The notes below the pieces were generated by a model, which saw nothing but the letters and a program-made list of their open reading frames with translations, ran no database searches and was not told the DNA's origin. From an uncultured Planctomycetales bacterium (GTDB lineage: Bacteria > Omnitrophota > Gorgyraeia > Zapsychrales > JAHFFX01), in assembly GCA_964612665.1 (NCBI GenBank), contig CAZTCI010000001.1, forward strand, positions 508,896 through 572,895: a stretch of DNA of 64,000 nucleotides. The letters run 5' to 3'. The translations under genes were made by a program, and so were the position numbers. Below are positions 24,001-36,000 of the stretch, piece by piece (within the stretch, counting starts at the first letter, position 1; the number at the start of each line of letters is the position of its first letter).

Positions 24001-27000
24001 TTTGACTTCCACAAAAACTAATCGGTGGTTAGAGTCGATCAACACAGCGTCGATTTCGAACGACTTGTTTTCTCGATGGGGATCAGCGATTTCTTTATTC
24101 AAACTCACTACTTTGAAATGAAAATCCATCAGCAACTTGTGTACCGCCCGCAACTCATTGAGCGTGCCAAATCGTAACCCTTTTTTGATGCGGTAAAGAG
24201 CTTTCTCGATACCGTCCTCATTTAGGAATCTTTCCACCAACGAGGCCTCATTCACATTCAACGTCGGTTTCACCTCAGACCAAAGTTGTTGAATGTACGT
24301 TCGCCTGTCTTTCTGATGCTGTTTCCAAACCCGCTGATAAAATCCGCCATCAATCCATCCGTGCTCTAACGATAATCCCAGCCATCGCTCTTGTTTTTCC
24401 CACCGAGAAAAGATAAGCGGCTGGAAGAATTCTCGCGCCTGCAAAAAGGCCTGCACATCTTCATTGAGAAGCTCGTCGGAGTTCTTTAAAGGAGAAACAG
24501 CGCGGCTCAATTCATGCCGCAACAATAGCTTGAGCCATAACCGGCCGGTGCCAGGTTGCAATTTATTGAACATCTTCACAATCCTCTCGACCTGCCGGTG
24601 AATCAAAATGACGTGGTGTTGCGGATCATAGTCAGACATCAGGTCGATCAGTTCTCCCGTTGCTAATGGACACAGAATATGGTCTGCCCACAAAACCGTT
24701 GTAACCTTGGCCAAACGACTGTAATCCAAATTAAAGCTCTCAATGTCTTTAACAGCGATATCAAACCTTTCCGGAAAGTAAAACGCCTTCCCGTCGGAAA
24801 ACTTCAATGTAAAATGTTCTCGCCAGTTTCCTTCGGCCAATGAAACTCTCTGCGTATCTTCGTCGGTTGACGATGATAAGGCTTGTTGAATGTCGTTGAA
24901 CAACGCGTCCGTCGCTCGCAGCGACGGGCCTGATGGCGTCTTTAAATAAACCCCTTCACCTTCTTTAATCAACTCCGGCGCAACAGCCTCAGGCCATATC
25001 GCCCAGTGCCGATGAGACATCTGCACAGCCGCCGCAAGAGCGGCAGACATCAAAACAAGACTTACAATGCCAGCCCAATGCCAAACAATCATTACAACCG
25101 CCACAATTAAAATAATCCCCATGAATAAACTTTGATTTTGGTCTTCGTTCTTTTTATCGACGGATGCGCAGGATGCGTTATGACCGTTGCCATCCGCCAA
25201 AACCAATTTGTGCCGGCGCCAAAATTCATCGAGCTTCTCGGGATAGTTCACGACCGTTTTTACATCCAGCAGTGAGAATTCTTTGAATAAACTAAAGGCC
25301 ATATTGACCAATTGCTGTTCCGTGACTGGAAGTGACGGTTTATAAAAACTTAAAACCGCGTGTTTAAGCATCCCTTTTTTGCCGTCGGTCGCAAATCCGG
25401 ATTTTTTCTTCATATCCGTCAGCGCCTTGCGGATCGCCCAAATTAAATCCTGGTTGTTTTCAAAAGCCCTGGCTTCTTCCGTCGATATAAATACAGCCTC
25501 CTGAATAGGAACGATGATTGTTCCATCACCGTTCTCAAAAGGTCCTGTCAGTTTAAACAATTTCCGTTTTTGATCGACCTCATAAACCCTGGCCATCGCA
25601 TAAATATTCGTCATCACATAAATTGCCCATTGCCGGCTAATCAAATCTAAATCTTCCGCTGACAACCATAAATGAATAGGGAAAGACGGCTTATGTTCGT
25701 GGTAGCCCATCGAAATTTTATTGGGATTGCTTCTGCCTAGGATAGCGGCCGCTTGTTTATGGGTGATGCCGGGTAAAAAGGCTTTAATCAAACGGAAGCG
25801 CTCACGCATCCCCATCCATTTATCTAAGACCCTCAACGACGGCTGGCCGCTTGCAGCTCGTCGCTGGTTAATTTCCACCACCCAGTGTGCGATTGTTCGT
25901 TTAGGAATATTTGTCATCTGCGCGAGCTCTTCGGCCCAGGTGATGGTCAATTGTTCAGCCATGGATTCAACTAACTCTTGGCCCTGGGCATGTGTTGTTT
26001 GTGGACGTCTTTGTGATTGCTCAACCCATCGCTCTAAGAAAGCAGTATCCTCGGCGCTTAAGGTAATTTTTAAAATAGACAACAGGTTTTGGACAGCTTG
26101 CGGTTTCGGAATAGTAAAGCCTCTTTCCCATCGGTCGTATCTTGCTTTGCGGATTTCCATTCCGGGCATAGCATTGAGCATAAAGTCAAGCTGACGTCTC
26201 GATATAGTTTCGTCCTGGCGTTCTTTCTCGATGAGTTCGAAGACGCGTTTCAGGAAATCTCTGTATGCCGCATCCCGGGTCCACGGCAAGTTGCCGCGCG
26301 TCAATTCCACAACAGCCATTACCCAAAAGATACCAAGCCCGAGCAGTCTAACGCCCCAACCGCTCCCCAACGTCTCCCATCCAATCACCGCCTTCGCTTC
26401 ATGATCGGATTTTCTTTCATCGGAATCAACCGGCGAAATTGAAAAATGATTGGCGTTTATCGATGGGCCATTTTCAAAATCCAAATACTGAATAAACTGT
26501 TCAAATCGCTTCCAGAAAACAATGGTGACATCTATATTCTTCGTCGGATGATTGGCTTTGATAGTCCAGAATCCGAAGGCCGTGGTCCATTTCAATGACT
26601 CGATAATTTTAAAATCGCGGGACAAAACATGCTGCAAATGGTAGGCATCTTCCATAGAAAAATGCGCCATTTTTCCAAACTGATAAATGGGCCCTTCAAA
26701 CGGCAGATGGAATTCCCAATGTCCTTCGGAACTTTTCGGCAAATTCGCAAAAAGATCCGCCATTTGCGCACTCAAACATAAGCTATTATTACCGCCCACC
26801 ACAATAACATGGTGCGCGTAAGGCCATAGCTCGTCGGTTAAGTACTCTGATTTATAACCCGCATGACTTAAATAACTATCATCTCCGTTCAGATTCTCAC
26901 TGACATTTTCAAAAACGGCAGTGATCCTGGGATTCTCTAAAAGCTTATTGATAGACGAAGCGGCTGTCTTCAAAGGATCAAACTCTTCGTTAGTATGAAC

Positions 27001-30000
27001 GATCACCAACGTCCATGGGTTAGGAACTTTTTTAGACAAATGCGCGGACAAATGATCTGAAATGGTTTCTTCCAGCGCACTCTGCCAGATATATCGTTGA
27101 GAACGACCGGCAAGAAGTTCGATTCTTCTGGATGAAGAAACGATATTTATATTAAGAAAATCAACATTCTGTTGCCTGTGGATTTGCTGTGCCGCCAGCT
27201 GGACAACGCTATGTAGGATAAGGCCGGCTAACGCGGGTTGATTGTTCAGTTTCAAAAGACCGACGACAAATCTGCGGGGAAGATAAATGACGGGGCCATT
27301 GTCATTCCATTCCGTCGCAGCGACAGCCACATGACGCCAGTTGTCCGCATAAAGGAATGGTTGGCTCTCATCTTCGCGATCGCGAACCAAGATCAATTGA
27401 CTTCGAAGAAGGATGTCAAACAAATCGCTCGCCGCGACGAAATCAAACAATCCTCCCCGAATTTGATCCCACGGGATATTCATCAACGCACTTAAACTCG
27501 CGTCGAGAATTGAGCGATGCAACTCCATGTGAGTTAATAACGGTTCAACATAACGTTCATTCCTTCGACGAACTTTGTCGATTAGTTCCTGGATTTTCTT
27601 GTACTCTATATTCCATGCCTTCACTAACCTGCCGTTCTCATGATTTGTCATGACACCTGCGGCGGCCATCAGCATGAGGGAAGCCGTCACCGCAATGAGA
27701 CTAAAAGACCAACCACCGCCGAGCTGCTCCCATCCCAACAAAGCCTTCGCTTGATGATCTTTGTGATTAAATCTTTTATCGTCTGAATTAACCAGGGGCG
27801 TAATATCTTGAGCCATGGGCAGCGGCTCGATATGATTTCCGTTCGTGGATTTTTCTCTTGGCTCCCGTAAAAGTGAAGCCTCGTAGCCAATACCTCGATC
27901 TTTTCCATTATTTGGCCATAAACGATATTTCTGCAAGAACGAAGGGTCCTTAAGACTCTTTTTCAAATTTTGAATCATGATTCGACTCTTTATATCGCTT
28001 TTGAGAAATTCATTCCTTAACCTCAGAATGATATTCACAAACTGCTGTTGAGTTACAAGGACTCTTGTTTCTTTAAGCATCTGGTGTCCATAATATTTTA
28101 TGGCCATGCTGATGAGTTGCTTGATATCAGACTTTCCACCGTATGAATTCTCACTATATTCCTCAATAACTTTTCTGATCGCTTCGATCAAACCTGGATC
28201 ACCTTCCACCCGTCGATATTCTTCTTCTGTGATATAAACTGCATTCTCCTCGGGAAGCAGCATGACATCACCATTCGCAAACGGGCCTTCTATTTTTAAA
28301 AGACCGTCCCGCTTGGCTATCACGTGGCCAACTTTATAATAACGGTGTTCGACATATAAAACATCATTCTTAACGGGGTTAAAGCGGCGTCCAGGCATTT
28401 GAAAACGCCACAGAGGATATAAATTCTTTTCCAATTTTGAGATGATCTTAAGACTTATTGGATAGAGCGTATTCTTGCGAGGCAATCTCGCGCCACGGAT
28501 TTTCGCAACGGAAACTTCACATATCTGAACAAGACGCTTATCGGAGATCTCCATTATTTTGGGATTGTCCATAAGGCGATTGAGCGCTTCGCGCGCCTCG
28601 ATGAGTTGTTTAAGCACCGGCCGCATCTTGGCGATCACGTTTTCAGATGGAGTGGCTTTTTGTAGACGATATAGCTTGGCATCACGAGAAACTTTGGAAC
28701 GCTGATTGATCTCTGAATCCGTAATGCCCAGTTGGTTGGCTTGCGTGAGCAGTTGAACCAGTTCTATTCGAAGTTTTTTGAGATCTGGCCTTTGTTCTTT
28801 GAAATATTCCGTCAGGGCCATAAGCAATTTAGAGATAGTCGATGCGTGCGGCAACGTCCTATTTCCGGCTGCAATCATACTGATCGTGGTCTGATCCACC
28901 CCAGATAATTTTGCCAAACTCTCCTGATTTAATCCTTGCTCAAAAGCGTTCGTCATCAAGACGAGTACACTTCTAAATTGTTCCGCCGGAGATCCTGCCA
29001 TAGGCAGTCGATCCAATTTACTTTCAATCGATGCAATCGTATCTCGCCTTAATTGCGCCGGAGCCTCTCCTAATATTTTGCGCAGCGTTTTGTCATCAAT
29101 ACCCAATCTCGCCCGGATGGCCCGTCCCGAATATTGGCCTTCCTTATTAAGTCTCTTGATGTAATTCTGAAGGTCAACGGGAAGAATCACCATCACAGCC
29201 AATCCCGACAGGATTTTTAATACAATTATTATTCCTTTGAGGCCGATCAAAAGCCACGTGGATTCGAGGGTGATCGAGGAGAGTTTCTCCGTGTTTTCGT
29301 TTGAAGATTTTTTCCCAGGTTTGTCTTCATACTGCGCCACTTCTTTTAATTTCGACGCCAAACGATCAATATAGTCCTGAGCCTCGTCGGTGACGACGTA
29401 ACCCTGAGCTTCCAGGACATCCAAAACTTCCAGCACAAAAGCGGCCATCATCAAATAATGAATCAAATTTCTACTTTTCCAAGAAGACCATTCTCGAGGA
29501 GAATTTTCTTCTACATAGATCGGTTGAGGAATCGTTTCAACACGGCCTCCCACTTCTCTCAATTGCGAATGAATATTCTCAATCTTAGGAAGATAATCAA
29601 CATACCGCCACAACACATTTTCTTCTGTCTCGATATCCACCCCTTCGCGGAAATAATTCCAGGCCGTCACGATCATTTTCTGATCATAATCTCGCTTTGA
29701 AACGATTCCTTCCCGTCGAAAAACGTACTCACGATCAATCGTGCCCGAAATCATATGCATATAATACAGATCAATATATCGTCGGCCGCCGTTATTCCAT
29801 GGTTTTAAGTCCAAGTTGAATCGTTGATTGGCCTGGAAAATAACCTCGGGGTTAATCAATGTTCTATACAATAGAAGTTCCGTACCAATGGAATCGATGG
29901 TTCTCGTATCCGTGTCGATGAGTATAATTCGGTCTGTTTCCGGAGATAAAATCCCCTCGTCGTGCCAGTATTTGACAAAAAGGACCGCTTGAAGTGAATC

Positions 30001-33000
30001 TTGCCGAACGGCTTGGTCATTGTGCATTGTCGCCCAAACACTATGCATGCGCTCTTCAGGAAATTCTTCTGTAATTCTGGTGTAAATCTTTGACATTTCA
30101 AAAAGCGGTTCGGCTCCTGCTCGCAAGAACACAATACGCGTGTTCTTCCGGTATTGCTTATTCTCTTCGTGGGATCGAGGATATTCTTTGATACGCATGA
30201 ATACGTGTTGTATGAAATCCATCAATCCCAGTCTGCGCTCGGCGCCATGACCCAAAAATGTCGTCAAATGTTTAGTATCCAAATAGTGTTGATACGCTTT
30301 GGCAAACATTGCTTGATCCCCCGCAGAAAAGATTCGTCCGAGGGATTGAATACTCTGATTACGCGCGCGAACATTATCTTCATGTAATCTGAGTCGATTT
30401 AATCTAACCGAGGCAATGGCCGCAAATCCTGCCAGGATTTTAAAGATCAGCATTACACCCTTGATGCCGATTATGATCCACGCGGCGTCGAGGGTGAGGG
30501 CGGGAAGCTTTCCAACATCAGATGTTGGAAAGGGCGGGTTCAACCTGCGGGGTTGATGTCCGTTGGCATGCTTCTCTTGCGGATGGGTGAACTTTTCCGA
30601 GGAAAACTTCTTTATATCTTGGTCGCTCCACTCTTCTCCAAACACCTTTTTTAAATCCGATTTATTTCCGTTCTTTCCGTTCCTCTCCTTCTTTGCCAAA
30701 TCGTCATAGAATTTTTTCATGATCTCATCTTGCCGACGATCGAACTCCTCGGCGGAGAGAGACCAGTCATCTCGCTCTCGTTTGTATGCTTCCTCCGGTT
30801 TCCGATTCTGATTTAACCAAACGTCCTTAAGAACATCGTAGAGATTACACAACATGCGATTCCCCGCAAATTGCCTTAATCCCTCCCGATTGTCCTTATT
30901 CTTCAATATAATGCGGGCCATTTTAGTCTTCTCGAGATCCTGCTTGAGAAGGTGAACTAGGGCTTCATGGCGTCCGAGGTTTATTTTGGCCTCCCCGAAC
31001 ATGTCTTTCACAATTTGAACAAAAAGCTCAGGACCGATCTCCCTCATCGATAGCCAGGCATGCAAGACGATTTCTACTTTTTCTTCCTCGCTTTGAATAC
31101 GATGATGCCAAATCCAGATTTCATCAGAATTTTTGAGACCGCCAGAGGCATGGGAAGATCGAGAAAGGTCCCCATAGATCACACCGACGACGAAGAAGAC
31201 CACGATCAACATTTGTATCGGCGAGAGAACCGTCGACTCCACTCCCAATCCCAAGGCATTCATGGCCGTTGGTTTCCCGGGCCCGCGGAATGCTGTGAGT
31301 TCATTCAACCTGCGGGGTTGATGCCCGTCGGCAATTTCATTCGAAGACTTGATGTGGCGGAATCCTCGGTCGGAGATGTTCAATGTGAACCCATCCTCAT
31401 CAGAGAAACTACTGTAAAACAAAATCTCCCGGGCCAAATACGTTTCGTTAAACTCGATGACCAGCGCCTCACGCTTTTGGCCCATCTCCAACAGATCGTT
31501 CCACAAGAATGTTCTTGAAAAACGAAGTTCGCCAGCACCGATACGAAACGTAATGATGATGTCATTTCCGATGAGCCGGCCTTTCACAAAATAGATCCCT
31601 TGATCTTCCGTCACAATCCGGATTCTGGAATGTCTCAACAGCGTTGAAATCGGCAATTTGATTACTTCTCTGATATGATAAACTTTCTGGAGGGAATATT
31701 CGGCGTAGAAGGACAGCTCGTCTGCATCTGGAAGATGAAGGATAAAGTCATGAATCGGCGGCAATCCGCAGGCGGAATTGGTGAGCATGGCCATGATCAT
31801 AAAACGGATCAGCGTCGGGCTGCGAGTGAAACCAGCGACCTTAAGCCAGAATAGCCATACGATCATTGCCGTAATCAAAACGGCGAGGAAATATGCTAAG
31901 AAAGCAGCTGATAATTTCTCCTCAGAAGACGTCTTCCACCAGGTATATTTTTCCTTCATCTCATGATAGGAATTCAAAATAAGATTTAACGTTCCCTTCA
32001 CGCTTTGTTCCGTTGTCCCCCGCTCGGTGCTGATGTCTTGAATCGTCCATCCATTTAAGATCAGCGTAATAATCTCGCGCTGCGGCGGCGACATTTGATT
32101 CAATAGGGCCCGACGATGTGGATCCAATGATTGAGAATCGCGGATAATTTCGCCCAGGATTTGTTTCCGTTGAGAAGCACCCGCGCCTTGGAAATGAATG
32201 TTGATGCCTTCATGCAGCGGATATAATTCATCGCACCTTTCTTCCCGTTCAATTTGTTCTCTTAGGGGTTTCAAAGACAATTCGTTCTTAAGATCACGGT
32301 ATCTGAGTAATCCTCGACGGGCGGTGATGATCACCGTAGTCCACTTAATCTGCAATAGTCGGGCCACATCCGCCGGATGATAACCTGCAATGGCAAACGG
32401 AAGAATTTCTCGCTCCTTTTCCTCCAGCTGATCAAAGATCTCTCGATGGTCCAAGAGAAAATCTTGTTTAACCTCTCTGAGAATATTGATGAATTCTCGA
32501 CGGTTGGGAGATTTCAGGAAGAAATTGAATTCCGCATCTCGATCGTTGCGGATAACCATCATGGCCAACATGCCGGGTAAAAGGAGTATGACCAAAAAGT
32601 AAAGGCCCTGTATTTCTATAAAAATGATCTGTGTAAACGCGATCAAGACAAGCACGGACGGGAATACGGCGGAAAGTTTTTCCACCTTCCGATCTTGCGA
32701 TGTGGGGGCCAACTCTTTCTCAACAAGCTCCCCACGATATACCATCCGCTGAACAAGGCCCATCGGATAATTGATTTCTTTTAAGTCACCCTTATAGGCT
32801 TCACGCCGGATAACTTCATTGAGCAGGCGAAGTTTCTTTTTGATCTTTTGGACCTGATCTTTTTCTTGCGCACTTAAACTTTGATGATTAACGTATTTTT
32901 TGTGAAGTGTATAATCGTAAACGCTGAGCGAGATCGTCTGTTGTTCTTCTCCAACAATAACGACATTACCTTGATCCCCGGCTGGTTCGATGAAGAATTG

Positions 33001-36000
33001 ATACACAATTCCCTCAGCATAGAGATAATATTGGATTTGTGCATGGCTGTTATTAAAAATGCGGATATCATCAACCGAAAGATAATGCGGCCCATCAGGA
33101 TGATTGTGCAGGTCCAAATAAACGAGGGGATAATCTGGATTTAGTTCCGGACCGACGGAATCCTTATCGCCTTTGACGATACTGTAAAGGTCCCCTTCCA
33201 AGGATTGATGGGAAACTTCAAAAGGTAAATATCCAGAGGCGACGGTGTAAAAACGATCAATCGCGCGCCAGAACTCCGGCGTCCCGACGGCCGCGGCAAA
33301 TGGTCGAGCGCTGTAGCGTGTTCCTTCCTTCGCACTAATAATATCCTGCTTTATCTGATCGAGCGTCATGACTGGCCGACGCTGGATCCGGGAGATAAAC
33401 TTCCGACGGATGAATTCCTGGGCTTCCAGTTCATGGACGGCCATACCGATTATCGCGACCGCCGTCAGGCCGAGCAGGCTAAGCCAATCGGTATAGGCGG
33501 AAAGTTTTTCCACCTTCCCAACCCCGGAGGTTGGGGAGGATAATAATTTTTGGCTAAGATCTGCAGCCACATCCAAGTTTTCCAACACTTTCGTCGCATC
33601 TTTAGAACTTTTAATAAAGACAACCGCCTGAGAAACCGCCGCCGATATTGTTTCTATTTCGCCGATCATCGGAAAACTTCTCTTCCAAATAGCAAACTGG
33701 TGATTCCACGCAGCCAAACGCAGTTTGATGGCCAGATACCTCTTATCGGCCCATAACTCCTTCACTTGATCTCGGGCATGGACCATCGACGGGATTCGGT
33801 CCAAGGACAGGAGCAATCTTTCCTGATTTTCCCGTCGTTGTGCTTCCTGAAGTTCCCGTAATTCTTTTCTAATTTGCTGTAGTTCTTTTAAACTATGGAA
33901 CAATTGCTCAGTGGACGGGCCTTTAAGGACCGTCCGCGACATAGCTGCTGCCATTGCCCCCATCCCAGCAGAGAGCAATATCTTTCCGACGGGGATTCCA
34001 AACCATAACGCGGTCCCCCCATCTACACCTACGAGGTAAAGATGGATCCCCACTCCATACAACGCCAGTGCAATCATGACGGATGGAAATATGGCGAAAA
34101 GTTTTTCCACCTTCCCAACCCCGGGGGTTGGGGAGGATCTGAGGATCACCGCCAGCATTTCAATTAGTCCAACCAATCCCTTAAACACAATCCAAATCCA
34201 CACGGCTTCGATCGTGACGGCGGAGACGTTCTCGATGGGATTGTGATCGAATTCTTCTAGCGCATCGATTTTTCCGTATAAATATTGGGCCAAATGGCGG
34301 ATATCTTTTCGATAGTCGTGCGTCTTAACCAAATCCCAGAGGTTCAATTGTTCCCATTGATCGCCGGCAGCTTCGAGAGCTGCTTGGATTATCTTTAACC
34401 ATTCCTTCGCATAGAATTCTCGATGACGGAAATTGGACGCCACAATCCAGTGCAGTAATTCTTCTTCGGAAGATGTCTTCAACATCTCAATCGCGGCCCG
34501 GCGTTTGGCTGGCGAAGTGACCACCAAATCATTCATCCGCAAATGCTCGTTGAGAATGTGCTTCAGGCGCCGAGTCCTGGCAGAATTCGCCAAGCTGGTT
34601 TTATTTGTGAAGTCATCAAGAGAATTGAACGGATTGTTTAGCTTGCGAACCATCACCACAAATTCGGTCTGCGTCATTGTAAATCCACTCAAAAGAAAAT
34701 CCACCTCATCAGCGTAATTAAGGAAATATAGAATTTGTTTTTTGGTGTTTTTCGGGTGCTTCTGCAATTCTCGACGATGTTGCTCCGCATTTTCTTTCTT
34801 CTCTTTTCGTCTTTCGTTCTCTTTCTCTAAATCCGCCCGTGCCCTTTCACGAGGATTCTGAAATAGAATCTCTCGACGGTTTTCGGACGTTCGTTCCCAC
34901 GACATCGCAAAGACAAAGATATATGCCAGCAACATCCACGGACTGAACAGATAAGTACGAACTCCGGAATGATGGACGATTTGTTTCTGTGGAGTTTCTT
35001 CTTTAGTTGACAAGCCAACTTTCAGGGCTTGGGCGCGGCTGGCGGAGAGGTAAATCAACCGTTGAACAAACATGCCCGCGATCATCAGCACCGTAAAGAC
35101 ACTCATTCCCGTCGATAAATCGATCGTCACGGCGCGGTGTTTTTCGATATCAGAAGAACGACTTGGTGTTTTATCTTGTGCATTCAACCTGCGGGGTTGA
35201 ATGGACATCCTGTTCCCCTTCACACCTCCGAGGCGCGAAAGAGCATTATTTCTTAGCTTTTTACGAATACTTATAATTTTTAACACTGAACGAATATGCC
35301 ATTCTCTTAGCCCCAACCGCTCTTCCCGGATTTCTAATCTATCCCCAGGATATTTTTCAAAATCTGCAGTCACAATTTCGATAAGCCGTTCCCTTTTTTC
35401 TAGCTTTTCTCTTAAACGCACTCCCGCGGCTTTCTGCTTTAAGAACGTTAAATCATAATCCGGCCATATTTTGCTAATAATGTAATTCGACACTTGTTCA
35501 ATGTATTGATGCGATGATCCCATCTGTTCGACAATGATGCTTGATGATTGATCCAAAGCTATTTTGCGGACTAACACTTCTTTTTGCGGGAGCGTTAGTC
35601 CATACCTATCTCCTATATCGTTAAGGGTCCTTACAAGTCCTTCTTTAGTGATGGCATAGCCACTACTCTCCATAATGTCGCGAGCAAAACTTACTCTATT
35701 ACCATGCTCCATCGCTGTCTCCTGAGACGATAGAGAAGATCGGTATTCCTGGATCCCTTTTTGGCGATCTCGGTTTCGCGCATATGTATTTCGTTCGCCT
35801 CGAATTTTTAAATTAATTCCATTAACGACATATGTCAATAAGCCTACGCCATTGCGCCGATCAAATTTGATCACACTGCTGCGAATAGTTTTAATGAAGT
35901 CATCTGTTCTTTCCTTTAGGAAGGATCTATTCCATCTCTGTTTAACTAAGGGCATTTCTGTCAGACCGGCGATGAGGACTTCCATCGCCAAACCATCTTT

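Noticed and set aside
30540-35203. A CRISPR-like or other spaced-repeat array formed by the recurring hairpin motifs
   Set aside because: The hairpins are irregularly spaced (hundreds to thousands of nt apart). They lie inside continuous coding sequence, and their flanks are paralogous protein junctions, not spacers.
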